Shown piece by piece: positions 34,107-45,003 of a DNA stretch of 64,000 bases (positions are counted from its first letter, which is position 1; each line of letters starts with the position of its first letter). A program made the position numbers and the translations under genes. Below the pieces are notes generated by a model that ran no database searches, was not told the DNA's origin, and was given only the letters and a program-made list of their open reading frames with translations. This DNA is from an uncultured Alphaproteobacteria bacterium (GTDB taxonomy: Bacteria > Pseudomonadota > Alphaproteobacteria > Rhizobiales > Rhodomicrobiaceae): contig CAVVJJ010000005.1 in assembly GCA_963748525.1 (NCBI GenBank), forward strand, positions 8,026 to 72,025. Reading direction: 5' to 3'.

Positions 34107-36254
34107 ATGGCTTCGCCGACAACAGAACCGGCCTTGCGCCCCGCGCCGCAGGGGGAAGACGTCAGCGCTCTTTTTGCGCCGCTGAAAAGCGTGAAGGGGC
34201 TCGGCCCTCGCGCGGAGGAGCTTCTGACCAAGCTCCTGGCAAAGCCGTTTAGCGCGCCGCGGGTCATCGATCTCCTCTGGCACTTGCCGTCGGGGTATGT
34301 CGACCGGCGGCTGTCGCCCTCCGTCGCTGACGCCGCTCCAGGCGCCATCGCCACGCTTGTCGTGACGGCCGTTCGCTATCAGGCGCCGCCGAAGTCGGCG
34401 GCCCGCGCGCCGCTCCGCGTCGTCAGCGAGGACGAAAGCGCCTCCCTCGACATCGTGTTCTTCCATGGCGACCGCAACGCCATCCGGGGGCTGCTGCCGC
34501 TGCATGAGCCTCGCATCGTCTCGGGACGCTTGGAGCGCTACGGCGCGCGCCTGCAGATGTCCCATCCCGATTACATCCTCAAGCCTTCAGAGCGCGGGCG
34601 GCTTCCCAGCATTGAGCCCGTCTATCCCTTGACGCTGGGCCTCACCCAGAAATTCATTTACCGCATTGTGGGCGAGGCCTTCGCAAAGGCGCCCGATTTC
34701 CCCGAATGGCTGGACGCCTCGCTAGTGGCGGCGGAAGGCTGGCCGTCCTTCTGGCAGGCGCTGCAAATCCTGCATCGGCCGCAATCGGCCGCCGAACTTG
34801 CGCTGTGGCCGAAGGCGCGCGAGCGGCTCGCCTTCGACGAAGTGTTCTCGGCGCAGCTCGCCATCGCGCTGGTGCGGCGCGGCTACCGCCAGCTTACGGG
34901 GCGCTCGCTCGTCGGCGACGGCCGTTTGGGCCTTGCGATGCGGAGCGCGCTGCCCTTCAGCCTGACCCGCTCGCAGGAACAGGCGCTCGCCGAAATCAAG
35001 GCCGACATGGCCGCGTCCCGCCGCATGCTGCGGCTTCTTCAGGGCGATGTCGGCAGCGGCAAGACGGTGGTGGCGGCGATCGCCATGGCGGCGGCGGTCG
35101 AAGCAGGCGCGCAGGCCGCGCTGATGGCGCCGACTGACGTATTGGCGCGGCAGCATCTCGACACGTTGACGCCGCTGTGCGAGGCCGCGGGCGTCTCGCT
35201 CGGCTATCTGTCCGGCCGCGAGCAGGGCAAGACGCGCTCGGCGCTCCTCGCAAAGCTTGCCTCCGGCGAAATCCAGATCCTGGTTGGCACGCACGCTCTG
35301 TTCCAGCCCGAAGTGACGTTCCGCGACCTCGGGCTTGCGGTCGTCGACGAGCAGCATCGCTTCGGCGTGGCGCAGCGGCTCGCCTTGCAGGAAAAGGCGC
35401 AAAAGGGCGACGCCGACATTCTCGTCATGACAGCGACGCCGATCCCTCGCACGCTGCTGCTCTCGCTGCATGGCGATCTCGACGTGTCGCAGCTCACCGA
35501 GAAGCCGGCCGGCCGCAAGCCCGTCGCGACGCGCGCCGTTCCTCAGGAACGGCTGGAGGACATTGTCGAAGGGCTGCATCGCGCGCTTCGCGAGGGTGCG
35601 CAAGTCTATTGGGTCTGCCCCGCGATCGACAGCGAAACGGCCCGCGAGATGACGGCGGCGGAGGAGCGCGCGGCCCATCTGCGCCAGATTTTCGGCGAGC
35701 GCGTCGGCCTCGTCCATGGCGGGCTGTCCGGAGCGGACAAGGACGCGGCCATCGCGGCGTTTGCGGCGCGGGAGACCTCGATCCTGGTGGCGACGACCGT
35801 CATCGAGGTCGGCGTCAACGTGCCGAACGCAACCGTGATGATCGTCGAAAACGCGGAGATGTTCGGACTGGCGCAGCTCCACCAGCTTCGAGGGCGCGTC
35901 GGCCGGAGCGCGGCGCAATCGTCCTGCGTCCTCCTCTACAAAAGCCCGCTTTCCGAAACGGCCAAGGCGCGGCTCGATATCCTGCGGCAAGTCGACGACG
36001 GCTTCGTCATCGCGGAGGAGGATCTTCGCCTGCGCGGCGGCGGGGAGGTGCTCGGGCCGCGGCAGAGCGGAGATCCGGGCTTCCGGCTTGCGCAATGGCC
36101 GCAAGCCGCGCCGCTCATGGAGCGCGCGGCCGACCTCGTCCGCTACCTGCTCGCGCGCGATCCCTACCTCAAATCCGGGCAAGGGCTGGCGGCCCGCCAA
36201 TGCCTCGTTCTGTTCGAGCGCGACGACGCCATGCGGCTATTGCAGGCCGGCTAG
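34107..36254 (+). CDS. recG: ATP-dependent DNA helicase RecG (an alternative GTG start lies at 34032)
   Basis: Reads LFAPLKSVKGLGPRAEELL, Walker A LLQGDVGSGKTVVAA, DEQHRFGV and QLHQLRGRVGRS. Confidence 0.9.
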   Translation: MASPTTEPALRPAPQGEDVSALFAPLKSVKGLGPRAEELLTKLLAKPFSAPRVIDLLWHLPSGYVDRRLSPSVADAAPGAIATLVVTAVRYQAPPKSAARAPLRVVSEDESASLDIVFFHGDRNAIRGLLPLHEPRIVSGRLERYGARLQMSHPDYILKPSERGRLPSIEPVYPLTLGLTQKFIYRIVGEAFAKAPDFPEWLDASLVAAEGWPSFWQALQILHRPQSAAELALWPKARERLAFDEVFSAQLAIALVRRGYRQLTGRSLVGDGRLGLAMRSALPFSLTRSQEQALAEIKADMAASRRMLRLLQGDVGSGKTVVAAIAMAAAVEAGAQAALMAPTDVLARQHLDTLTPLCEAAGVSLGYLSGREQGKTRSALLAKLASGEIQILVGTHALFQPEVTFRDLGLAVVDEQHRFGVAQRLALQEKAQKGDADILVMTATPIPRTLLLSLHGDLDVSQLTEKPAGRKPVATRAVPQERLEDIVEGLHRALREGAQVYWVCPAIDSETAREMTAAEERAAHLRQIFGERVGLVHGGLSGADKDAAIAAFAARETSILVATTVIEVGVNVPNATVMIVENAEMFGLAQLHQLRGRVGRSAAQSSCVLLYKSPLSETAKARLDILRQVDDGFVIAEEDLRLRGGGEVLGPRQSGDPGFRLAQWPQAAPLMERAADLVRYLLARDPYLKSGQGLAARQCLVLFERDDAMRLLQAG

Positions 36255-36428
36255 TCTAGGGGCGCAAACTGTATTCGCGACCGGCCCCGAGCGGTACACC
36301 CGTGCCGGCGATTGCGTGCTGATGTTTTGCCGGCTGCTCCTGCGCTCCCTCGGCTCGCCGTTCCGCTTGGGAAGCGCCTCCTTTGGGCTGGTTTTGTCGA
36401 AAGGAAATGCGTTGTTTGTGCTCAGCGC

Positions 36429-36911
36429 TTATTTTGCGCGCATTCGATTCCCCTTCGGATTATGCTCGACCTCAGCGAGGCCCAGTTCTTCCATCAGAGG
36501 CGGCACATACATGGCAAAACGGCCGCGTAATCCTTTCTTGCGTCCGTACCATCCCCCTTGCGGATTATCCGCCGATCTCCCCCACGCTTCGACAGTTCCC
36601 GGCTTTGCGGGCTTTTGCTCATCCGCCGACCCGAGTTCCATCCAATCTCCATGGGTCTTGAGCATCGCGTGGAGATCATCGAGGCAACGATAATCGTAGT
36701 GCAAAACCGTCTTTCCAACCGTGCAAACCAAAACATCGTCATCGCCGATTTTGGCCTTATGCATGGTGAATTCTGATGTTTGCGGCGGTGTCTTGAGATG
36801 CCACGGGTTTTCAGCCGTCCCCTTTTCGGGTTTTCCCACATCCGCCTCTTGTATTGTTCCACAGCCGCTGGCAGCGTCCCGCGCCCGCAAGGAATATAAA
36901 ACAGCGCCCAT
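36429..36911 (-). CDS. Conserved hypothetical protein
   Basis: 160-aa ORF containing GTAENPWHLKTPPQTSEFTMHK...GKTVLHYDYRCLDDLHAMLKTHGDWMELGSADEQKPAK. The start is uncertain. Confidence 0.55.
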   Translation of the reverse strand: MGAVLYSLRARDAASGCGTIQEADVGKPEKGTAENPWHLKTPPQTSEFTMHKAKIGDDDVLVCTVGKTVLHYDYRCLDDLHAMLKTHGDWMELGSADEQKPAKPGTVEAWGRSADNPQGGWYGRKKGLRGRFAMYVPPLMEELGLAEVEHNPKGNRMRAK

Positions 36912-37046
36912 TTATCCCTCAACTCCAGGCCAGCGCAAGACGATTGATCTCAGGGCAAGCTGCCGGCTCGCGCCAAAGCCCGCCAGCGCAGGCGCGACGG
37001 GTGACCGTCAATACAAGCTGGGGGCAATCGGAAGCGCGGGCCTCGG

Positions 37047-39047
37047 TCAAGCGCGCACGTAGGAGCCGGGCGCGTCCTCGATCGGTGCGACAACGCCGCA
37101 TCCGGGCTCCCGTGGCTCAGTCTGGGCGCCGGACAGCGAAGCGAGCCACTTCGCGTAATCCGGCCACCACGAGCCCGCATGCTCCTTAGCCCTGGCGAGG
37201 AAAGCTTCGACTGACGGAAGCACCTTCGGGTCGCCGTCATCCAGAACCCAATGCATATATTTCGGCTTGGCCGGCGGGTTGATCACGCCCGCGATATGGC
37301 CCGACCCCGCCAGCACGAACCTGACCGGGCCGCCAAAAAGCTTTGCGCCAATCAGGACCGATTGGGCGGGCGCGATATGGTCCTCCTTGGCGGCGAGTTC
37401 ATAGATGGGGATGGTGACGCGGCTCAGGTCCAGTGAGACGCCGCCAAACTTGAGCAAGCCCCGCGCCAGCTTGTTCTCGAGATAGAACTCCCGCAGATAG
37501 AAGCTGTGATTAGCGGGCGGCATGCGCGTCGAATCCGAGTTCCAATAAAGAAGATCGAACGGGAAGGGTTGCTTGCCGAGCAGGTAGTTGTTGACGATGT
37601 AGGGCCAGACCAGATCCTTCGGGCGCAGCGCATTGAACACCGCCGCCATGCGCGCGCCGTCCAGGAACCCTTTCTTCGACATGACTTCATCCAGAGCCTT
37701 CAACTGCTCGTCATCGATGAAGACGAGGAGATCGCCTGCCTTGCTGAAATCCGTTTGCGCAGTGAGGAAGCTTGCCGAGCGGATGCGCTTGTCCCCCGTC
37801 GCCGCCATATAGGCCAGCGTGCAAGCAAGCAGCGTACCCCCCACGCAATAGCCGAGCGCGTTGATCTGAGGCGCGCCCGTAATGCGCAAAACGGCGTCCA
37901 CCGCCTCGAAAATCCCCTCGCGCATATAGTCCTCGAAGGTCTTCGAGGAGAGAGCCGCGCCGGGGTTGACCCAGGAGACGACGAAAATGGTGAACCCCTG
38001 GTCCACCGCCCATTTGATGAAGGATTTCGGCGGCGTAAGGTCGAGGATGTAATACTTGTTGATCCACGGCGGTATGATCAGCAGCGGGATTTCATGGACG
38101 ACGTCCGTCGAGGGCGCGTATTGGATGAGCTGCATCAGTTCGTTCTGGTAGACGATCTTGCCGGGCGTCACCGCAAGGTTCTTGCCCACCTTGAACGCCG
38201 ACATGTCCGTCTGGCGGACCTTCAGAAGCTCGCCCGACTGGTTGAGATCCTCCAGAAGCTGCGTCATGCCCTGGGCGAGGTTCTGTGCGCCCGTCGAAAC
38301 TGTCGTGCGGATCACCTCGGGATTTGTAAAAGGAAAGTTCGATGGCGACAGCGCGCTGACGATCTGATTCAGATAGAATTGGGCCCGGCTCCTCACATGG
38401 GCGTCCACAGTCGTCGCGTTCTCGATCATGCCTTCGGCCCATTTGCCGGACAGCAAATAGGCCTGTTTCATAAAATCGAAGAACGGGTTTTCCGTCCATT
38501 CCTTGTCGTTGAAACGCGGGTCCCCGGGCGCCGGCTTGATAAGCGGCTCCGTTTCCTGCCCGAGAAAGCGCAAATAGGTGCGCCCCCACAGCTCGATCAT
38601 GTCCTGGCCGAGCTTAGTTTGCGCTTCGGCGTAACGTTGCGGGTCAGCCATCCAGTATTGCGCGATAGGCCCGAAAAACTTGCCTGAATCGGCCATGCCG
38701 CCCGCGACTGTGAAGGCCCCGCTGCGCTTGTCCCGGTCCTCGACCAGTTTAGCCAGCGCCATTCCGCCTGCTTCGAAAGCGCGAATCATGTTCGCTGCGA
38801 ACTGCTCCGGCGCATTCGGGACGGGCGTGGGTTCCTCGGGGCGGCCCGTTCTGTCCTGCATACCGGCCGCCGTCTGGACCGCGACTGGCTCCGGCGCCTG
38901 CTTCTGCCGCCCGTCCGCCGTCTTCACGACGCCCAACCCAGGCGACGCGCCCTTGTGCGGGGGCTGCCGGGGCGCTCCTGTCGCCTTCTCGCGCTTTTCA
39001 GGCGCTCGGCGCTTTTTGTCAGACATTTGGCGCTTCCTCGTTCCCAA
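37047..39047 (-). CDS. phaC: Class I poly(R)-hydroxyalkanoate synthase
   Basis: Lipase-box context GYCVGGTLLA, plus LLYWNSDSTRMPPANHSFYLREFYLENKLARG. Confidence 0.9.
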   Translation of the reverse strand: MGTRKRQMSDKKRRAPEKREKATGAPRQPPHKGASPGLGVVKTADGRQKQAPEPVAVQTAAGMQDRTGRPEEPTPVPNAPEQFAANMIRAFEAGGMALAKLVEDRDKRSGAFTVAGGMADSGKFFGPIAQYWMADPQRYAEAQTKLGQDMIELWGRTYLRFLGQETEPLIKPAPGDPRFNDKEWTENPFFDFMKQAYLLSGKWAEGMIENATTVDAHVRSRAQFYLNQIVSALSPSNFPFTNPEVIRTTVSTGAQNLAQGMTQLLEDLNQSGELLKVRQTDMSAFKVGKNLAVTPGKIVYQNELMQLIQYAPSTDVVHEIPLLIIPPWINKYYILDLTPPKSFIKWAVDQGFTIFVVSWVNPGAALSSKTFEDYMREGIFEAVDAVLRITGAPQINALGYCVGGTLLACTLAYMAATGDKRIRSASFLTAQTDFSKAGDLLVFIDDEQLKALDEVMSKKGFLDGARMAAVFNALRPKDLVWPYIVNNYLLGKQPFPFDLLYWNSDSTRMPPANHSFYLREFYLENKLARGLLKFGGVSLDLSRVTIPIYELAAKEDHIAPAQSVLIGAKLFGGPVRFVLAGSGHIAGVINPPAKPKYMHWVLDDGDPKVLPSVEAFLARAKEHAGSWWPDYAKWLASLSGAQTEPREPGCGVVAPIEDAPGSYVRA

Positions 39048-39152
39048 CCCGAAGATTTACTTGAATGCCTTCCTCCCAAGCATTCGCTTCGGGCTTTACT
39101 GAAACATATAACATTCTCGCATCGATTGTGAGGGTCGGCGCCGCTCCTTTTT

Positions 39153-39875
39153 CTAGTAGCGCCGCAACAGGGCGACAAGCTTGCCTTGGATTTTTACGCG
39201 ATCCGGGCCGAAAATGCGCGTCTCGAAGGACGAATTGGCGGGTTCAAGCGCGATCGACTGGCCTCTCTTGCGCAGGCGCTTAAGCGTCGCTTCCTCGTCG
39301 TCGATCAAGGCGACCACAATCTCTCCGCTTTCCGCCGAGGGCGTTCTCTTGAAAATGGCCGTGTCGCCTTCCTGGATGCCAGCGTCGATCATGGAATCGC
39401 CGCGTACTTCAAGCGCGAAGTGTTCGCCCTGAGAGAGGAATTCGGGCGGCATGACGAGGATATGGCTATGATCCTCGATTGCCGAGCGTGGAACGCCGGC
39501 TGCGATCCGGCCCATGACCGGCACCGATACGCCGCCATCCTCGCGATCTCGAAGAAAGGGAGCCTGCGCGGTTTCCTCGAAACCGTAGCGCCTCGTTCCC
39601 TCGATCACCGTCGGCATGAAACCGCCTCGCCGCCGCTCGGCGTCGAACACGGCTCGCCCCCGCTCCGGCATTTTCATCACTTCGAGCGCGCGGGCGCGGT
39701 GAGGCAGTCTCCTGATGAAGCCTCGCTCCTCAAGCGCCATGATGAGGCGGTGGATGCCCGATTTCGACTTGAGATCAAGGGCTTCCTTCATCTCGTCGAA
39801 CGAAGGCGGCACGCCGGTCGCCTCTATGCGATCATTGATGAAGAGGAGAAGTTGCTTTTGCTTTGGCGTCAGCAT
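39153..39875 (-). CDS. lexA: LexA repressor
   Basis: Reads [33 protein letters not shown]...[10 protein letters not shown]...[17 protein letters not shown]...ATLKRL. Confidence 0.95.
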   Translation of the reverse strand: MLTPKQKQLLLFINDRIEATGVPPSFDEMKEALDLKSKSGIHRLIMALEERGFIRRLPHRARALEVMKMPERGRAVFDAERRRGGFMPTVIEGTRRYGFEETAQAPFLRDREDGGVSVPVMGRIAAGVPRSAIEDHSHILVMPPEFLSQGEHFALEVRGDSMIDAGIQEGDTAIFKRTPSAESGEIVVALIDDEEATLKRLRKRGQSIALEPANSSFETRIFGPDRVKIQGKLVALLRRY

Positions 39876-39931
39876 GAATGCCCCTGGTCGGGTGGCGAAG
39901 TCGGCTCGTACAAACCGGGAACAGGAATAAG

Positions 39932-39946
39932 CGTTCTCATTGCGTT
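39932..39946. promoter_or_regulatory. Alphaproteobacterial SOS box GTTC-N7-GTTC upstream of lexA
   Basis: gttctcattgcgttc lies 57-71 nt upstream of the lexA ATG. A second, imperfect box, gtacaaaccgggaac, lies at 39907..39921. Confidence 0.7.
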
Positions 39947-39981
39947 CCGCAACAGAAAAGGGCCGCCGCCTGCAGCCAGAG

Positions 39982-41169
39982 TTAAAAATCGAGGGGGATA
40001 ACGGGCGCGAGTTCGCCCTTCGCAAGCGCTGGGGCCTTCGCGGGCCGCACGAGGAGGCAATCCGCGGCGGCGAAGGCGCGCATAAGCGAGCTGTCCTGGT
40101 CGGCGATGGGCGCGACGCCGCCGTCGGTCAATTTCGCGCGCATATAGTGCTCGCGCTCGCCATTCGCGCCGATGTCCACGGCAAGGGGCAGAAGCGGATG
40201 GCGTTCCGCCGTGGGACGGCCGAGAAGGCTGTCGAGCAAGGGCTTCAGAAAAACGCGGGCGCAGATCAGCGCGGAGGCGGGGTTGCCCGGCATGCTCAGC
40301 ACGCGCTGACGGCCGAGAAGCCCGAACATCACCGGCTTTCCGGGGCGCATCGCCGCGTTCAGCACCTGGAAGCGCGCGCCCTCTCCTTCGAGCGCGGCGC
40401 GGACGAGATCGTGCTCGCCGACCGAAGCGCCGCCGATAGTGAGGAGCACGTCCGCATGGCGGGCGGCGGAGGCGCAAGCGGCAAGCGCTTGCCTGTCATC
40501 CGGCGCAAGCTCAAGCAGAAGGGCGGCGCCGCCCCATGCCTCGATGGCGGCCTTCATGCCGGCGGGAACCGACGAAACGATCTGACCCGGGCCGGGCGCG
40601 CTTCCCGGCTGCACAAGCTCGTCGCCATTCGCGAGCACCGCCACCAGGGGCTTGCGCCGAACAGGCACGGTTGCATGGTTCATCGCCGCGGCCAGCATAA
40701 GCTGGCGGCTGCCGAGTTTGGTTCCCGAAGGAAGCAGCGCCTCGCCCTCGGAAAAATCATAGCCGCGCGGCCTGATATACAGCCCCAACGGCGCTCCCTC
40801 CAGGATCTCCACCTCGCTTTCGGAGAGCACGCGCGCATTTTCCTGGATGACGACCGCGTCCGCGCCGGAAGGAATGGGCGCGCCGGTGAAGGTGCGCACC
40901 GCTTCGCCTGCGCCGGTCTCGCCGTCGAAGCCGTGGCCCGCGGCGGACCTGCCGACAACCCTGAGGCGCGCGGGCGCAGCGGCGACGTCGGCGGCGCGCA
41001 CGGCGTAGCCATCCATCGCCGACGCCCGGAACGGCGGCTGGGTTAGCGTCGCCTTCAGGTCGGCGGCGAGAATGCGTCCGGCGGCGTCGAAGATTGAAAC
41101 AGTCTCGCTTTCGACCGCCTCGACGCCGGCCAGGATGCAAGACTGCACCTCGGCAACGGGCGTCAGCAA
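39982..41169 (-). CDS. moeA: Molybdopterin molybdotransferase MoeA (probable TTG start at 41169)
   Basis: Reads [13 protein letters not shown]...[17 protein letters not shown]...[13 protein letters not shown]. Confidence 0.85.
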   Translation of the reverse strand: MLTPVAEVQSCILAGVEAVESETVSIFDAAGRILAADLKATLTQPPFRASAMDGYAVRAADVAAAPARLRVVGRSAAGHGFDGETGAGEAVRTFTGAPIPSGADAVVIQENARVLSESEVEILEGAPLGLYIRPRGYDFSEGEALLPSGTKLGSRQLMLAAAMNHATVPVRRKPLVAVLANGDELVQPGSAPGPGQIVSSVPAGMKAAIEAWGGAALLLELAPDDRQALAACASAARHADVLLTIGGASVGEHDLVRAALEGEGARFQVLNAAMRPGKPVMFGLLGRQRVLSMPGNPASALICARVFLKPLLDSLLGRPTAERHPLLPLAVDIGANGEREHYMRAKLTDGGVAPIADQDSSLMRAFAAADCLLVRPAKAPALAKGELAPVIPLDF

Positions 41170-41171
41170 GG

Positions 41172-41663
41172 CTAGCGCTCCCGAGCTGGCGGCGCGAGAT
41201 AATCGCCTGACTTGCCGCCGGTCTTCGACAGCAGGCGAACGCCATCGATGCACATCCCTTTGTCGCGCGCCTTCAGCATGTCATAGAGCGTGAGGCAGGC
41301 GATTGCCACCGCCGTCAGCGCCTCCATTTCGACGCCGGTTTGGCCAATCGCCTTGGCCGCGGCCTGCACGCGCACGCCCGAAAGCTCCGGCAGGAGCTTG
41401 AACTCGACGCCGACCTTGGTCAGCGCGAGCGAATGGCAGAGCGGAATAAGGTCCTGCGTGCGTTTCGCGGCCATGATGCCGGCGATGCGGGCTGCCGCCA
41501 ACACATCGCCCTTCGGCGCGGCGCCGCTTTCGAGAAGCCGCAGCGTATCGGGCGCCATCACGACGAAGCCCTCGGCTACCGCCGTCCTCTCCGTGACCGC
41601 CTTCCCGGCGACGTCGACCATGATCGCTTCGCCCTTTGCCGTGATGTGCGTTAGCTCGTTCAT
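41172..41663 (-). CDS. moaC: Cyclic pyranopterin monophosphate synthase MoaC
   Basis: Reads [21 protein letters not shown]...[25 protein letters not shown]...[11 protein letters not shown]. Confidence 0.9.
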   Translation of the reverse strand: MNELTHITAKGEAIMVDVAGKAVTERTAVAEGFVVMAPDTLRLLESGAAPKGDVLAAARIAGIMAAKRTQDLIPLCHSLALTKVGVEFKLLPELSGVRVQAAAKAIGQTGVEMEALTAVAIACLTLYDMLKARDKGMCIDGVRLLSKTGGKSGDYLAPPARER

Positions 41664-42475
41664 GCGCTGGCCGCCTGCCTTTCCAGTTCCGGCGCCAGAA
41701 GCGTGCGCGTCGCGGCCTCGATGTCCGGCTGTCGCATCAGGCTTTCGCCGACGAGGAAGGCGCTGGCGCCCGCCCGCGTCAGCCGCGCAATCTCGCAAGG
41801 CGTGAAAATCCCGCTTTCCGAAATGATAATGCGGCCCGGCGGAATGAGTTGAGCCAGGTGCTCGGTCGTCTCCAGATGCGTCTCAAAGCTGTTGAGGTCA
41901 CGGTTGTTGATGCCGATCAGCCAGCAATCGAGCAGTAGCGCACGCTCTAGCTCCTCTTCATTGTGGACTTCGACAAGGATCGACATGTCGAGGGCGCGGG
42001 CGGTGAAGACGAGTTCGGCCGCAAGGGCGTCGGAGGAGCAGGCCATGATGACGAGGATGCAGTCGGCGCCCATGGCGCGCGCCTCCACCACCTGGTAAGG
42101 ATCGACCAGGAAGTCCTTTCGCAGAGCGGGCAGGCGCGTCGCGGAGCGGGCGGCGATCAGCGCCTCGGGCGAGCCTTGGAAAGAGGGGCCGTCGGTCAGC
42201 ACCGAAAGGCAGGCCGCGCCGCCGCGCTCGTATGCCCTGGCGATGGCGGCCGGATCGAAGTCCGCGCGAATGAGGCCGCGCGACGGGCTTGCTTTCTTCA
42301 CTTCCGCAATCAGGCCGGGCTCGGTCCTGGCCCATTTTCTGGAGAGCGCCCCGAAAAAATCCCGCACGCAGGGCGCGTCTTGAGCGCGCTGCTCAAGCTC
42401 GGGCAAGGGCGTCCTTTCCTTCGCGGCGGCAACTTCTTCCTTCTTATAGGCGACAATGCGATCGAGAATGCTCAT
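41660..42475 (-). CDS. trpC: Indole-3-glycerol-phosphate synthase
   Basis: Reads [19 protein letters not shown]...[41 protein letters not shown]...[10 protein letters not shown]. Confidence 0.95.
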   Translation of the reverse strand: MSILDRIVAYKKEEVAAAKERTPLPELEQRAQDAPCVRDFFGALSRKWARTEPGLIAEVKKASPSRGLIRADFDPAAIARAYERGGAACLSVLTDGPSFQGSPEALIAARSATRLPALRKDFLVDPYQVVEARAMGADCILVIMACSSDALAAELVFTARALDMSILVEVHNEEELERALLLDCWLIGINNRDLNSFETHLETTEHLAQLIPPGRIIISESGIFTPCEIARLTRAGASAFLVGESLMRQPDIEAATRTLLAPELERQAASA

Positions 42476-42628
42476 GGCGCTGCCGTTTCTTCAATGTCTT
42501 CTCACCAATACGGGACCGTCGGCAATCAGATCGCAAATCCCTGCAAATACTCAAGCTTTTTCAGCATCGAAGTTACAAGTGTTTCAACATATTGCATTTT
42601 GTTGTTAAAGACGCGCAGTTTCCCCGGT

Positions 42629-43669
42629 TTAAGGCTTGGCTGCGGCAATCAGGGCATCGAGCGCGTGTTCGGCGCGGCCCTCGTCGATGGAGGCCGCGGC
42701 GAGGCGGGCGCCCTCTTTCAGCGTGCCGGCTCGCCCCGCTACGATGAACGCGGCGGCGGAATTCAAGAGCACGACGTCGCGGAACGGCCCATGTTCGCCG
42801 CGTAGAAGCGCGCGCATCGCAGCCGCGCAGTCTTCGGGCGAGCCGCCTTGCAAATCCGAAAGCGAGGCCAACGGAACCCCTGCGTCGCTGGGATGAACGG
42901 TGAAATATGTGAGCTTGCCGTCCCTCAACTCGACGACGCGGCTTTCACCGGTCGTTGACAGTTCATCCATGCCGTCGGCGCCATGAACCACCCAGACATG
43001 CTCCGCGCCCGCCCGCCTCATCACCTCGGCCATCGGCGCGAGCCACTGCTCGGAATAGGCGCCGATAAGCTGGCGCTTCGTTCCGGCCGGGTTGACCAGC
43101 GGGCCGAGGAGGTTGAAGATCGTGCGCAGCTTCAGGGCCTGCCGGACCGGCGCCGCGTGGCGCATTGCGGGGTGATGCGCCGGCGCCCAGAGGAAGGCGA
43201 GGCCCGCGCGCTCGAAGCATTGCGCGATGCGCTCCGGCGTTGTCTTGATCGTCACGCCAAGGCGTTCCAGCACGTCGGCCGCGCCCGACTTCGACGATAC
43301 CGCCCGGTTTCCATGCTTCGCCACCGGAACGCCCGCGCCGGCGAGGACGAAGGCGGTCGCCGTCGAAATGTTATAGGTGCCCTTCGCGTCGCCGCCCGTG
43401 CCCACAACGTCGACCGCGCCCAGAGGCGCCTCGACCGGCGTCATGAGCGCGCGCATTGCCGCCACAGCGCCCGCGATCTCGTCGACCGTTTCGCCGCGCG
43501 CCTTCAGCGCCACGAGAAAGCCCGCCAGTTCGATCTCGGAGACGGCGCCTTGCATGATGCAGGAAAATGCCTCGCGCGCCTCCTCCTCGGAAAGGCGCCC
43601 GCCCGAAGCGGCCTTCTCGAAATGTGGACGGAAGGCCGCCGCCAGTTCGCGCGTCTTCGTCTCCGTCAT
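42629..43669 (-). CDS. trpD: Anthranilate phosphoribosyltransferase
   Basis: Reads VDVVGTGGDAKGTYNISTATAFVLAGAGVPVAKHGNRAVSSKSGAADVLE. Confidence 0.95.
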   Translation of the reverse strand: MTETKTRELAAAFRPHFEKAASGGRLSEEEAREAFSCIMQGAVSEIELAGFLVALKARGETVDEIAGAVAAMRALMTPVEAPLGAVDVVGTGGDAKGTYNISTATAFVLAGAGVPVAKHGNRAVSSKSGAADVLERLGVTIKTTPERIAQCFERAGLAFLWAPAHHPAMRHAAPVRQALKLRTIFNLLGPLVNPAGTKRQLIGAYSEQWLAPMAEVMRRAGAEHVWVVHGADGMDELSTTGESRVVELRDGKLTYFTVHPSDAGVPLASLSDLQGGSPEDCAAAMRALLRGEHGPFRDVVLLNSAAAFIVAGRAGTLKEGARLAAASIDEGRAEHALDALIAAAKP

Positions 43670-43800
43670 TGCACGCGCCCTCTAACAGGTTGCTGAAAAG
43701 CCTGATTTCTTGGCTCCGAAAAGCTCAGGAAGAGGTCGCTATCAGCGTTATTCCTCATGGCAAGCCGGTCGAACCATGCAACAGCCTTTTTCGCAGCCTG

Positions 43801-44451
43801 CTAAGCCACAGCCGCGCGCGGCTGCGCGAGGTCGATATTGGGAAGGCTGAGATTTTTCTTGCGCGGCGCCCATTCGATGCCCGCCAGCGTCAGGAAATTG
43901 GCGAGGATCGCATGCCCGTTCTCGCTCGCGATGCTTTCGGGGTGGAATTGCACGCCGTAGGTGCGTTCGCTCTTGTGCTCCAGCGCCATGATGAGCCCGT
44001 CGGCGGTGCGCGCCGTGGCGGTCAGGCACTCCGGCAGCGTATCCAACTCGACGATGAGCGAGTGATAACGCGTCGCCTCGAAGGCGTCCGGAAGCCCTCG
44101 GAACAGGCTTGTTCCCTGGTGATAGATCTTCGACATCTTGCCGTGCATGAGGACCGGCGCGCGAATGACGCGCCCGCCAAAGGCTTGCCCGATGGTCTGA
44201 TGGCCGAGGCATACGCCGAGCAGCGGAATGCGGCCGTTGTTCTCGCGCACGAGCGTGAGGCAGATGCCAGCCTCGTTCGGCGTGCACGGCCCCGGCGACA
44301 TCACGATGGCTTCGGGCGCCTCCGCGATGACAGCCGCCGCGGTTTTCTCGTCGTTGCGGTAGACGCGGGCGTCCACGCCAAGATCGCCGAAATAATGGAC
44401 GAGGTTGTATGTGAAACTGTCGTAGTTATCGATGATGGTGATCATGACCAT
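43801..44451 (-). CDS. trpG: Anthranilate synthase component II (glutamine amidotransferase)
   Basis: Reads ITIIDNYDSFTYNLVHYFGDLG...PLLGVCLGHQTIGQAFGG...YGVQFHPESI. Confidence 0.9.
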   Translation of the reverse strand: MVMITIIDNYDSFTYNLVHYFGDLGVDARVYRNDEKTAAAVIAEAPEAIVMSPGPCTPNEAGICLTLVRENNGRIPLLGVCLGHQTIGQAFGGRVIRAPVLMHGKMSKIYHQGTSLFRGLPDAFEATRYHSLIVELDTLPECLTATARTADGLIMALEHKSERTYGVQFHPESIASENGHAILANFLTLAGIEWAPRKKNLSLPNIDLAQPRAAVA

Positions 44452-44462
44452 TTTCCGCAGGC

Positions 44463-44993
44463 TCAGGCCGCAAGCGTGGCGGGAGCGATGAAAAGGGCGA
44501 CGCGCCCGGCTTCGGGCCGCAGGCTTTTCCAGCGCTCCCCTTCGAATTGAAAAGACACAAGGGCCGCCGTCGGCAGCTTCTCCTCGATCCGCTCAATCTC
44601 GCCGCCGCCGGGCTGCGCGAGCATGATGGCCAAGTCCTGCAGCCCAGGATTATGGCCGACGATCATGACGTGACGAACGTCGTCCGGGCAACTCTTCAGG
44701 AGCTTGAGAAGGGTCTCAGAACTCGCTTCGTAGATCTTACTTTCGAAGCGCGTATCCGGCGGGTCGTCCCAGGCCATCGCCTGAGCGAGCGCGAGCGTCT
44801 GGCGCGTGCGGATCGAGGGCGAGCAGAGGATCAGGTTCGGCCGCAAGCCGCGGTCGCGTATCGCCATGCCCATTTTCGGGGCCGCCTTGAGGCCGCGATC
44901 GGAAAGCGGCCGGTCGAAATCATCGATATTCGGGTTGTCCCTGTCGCCCGACTTCGCGTGGCGGAAGAGCGTTACGGTTTTCATGTCGCGCAT
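44463..44993 (-). CDS. Histidine phosphatase family protein (SixA-like)
   Basis: Reads VTLFRHAKSGDRD...LILCSPSIRTRQT...VMIVGHNPGLQDLA. The start is at 44993 or 44984. Confidence 0.8.
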   Translation of the reverse strand: MRDMKTVTLFRHAKSGDRDNPNIDDFDRPLSDRGLKAAPKMGMAIRDRGLRPNLILCSPSIRTRQTLALAQAMAWDDPPDTRFESKIYEASSETLLKLLKSCPDDVRHVMIVGHNPGLQDLAIMLAQPGGGEIERIEEKLPTAALVSFQFEGERWKSLRPEAGRVALFIAPATLAA

Positions 44994-45003
44994 TTCCCCG
45001 CCG

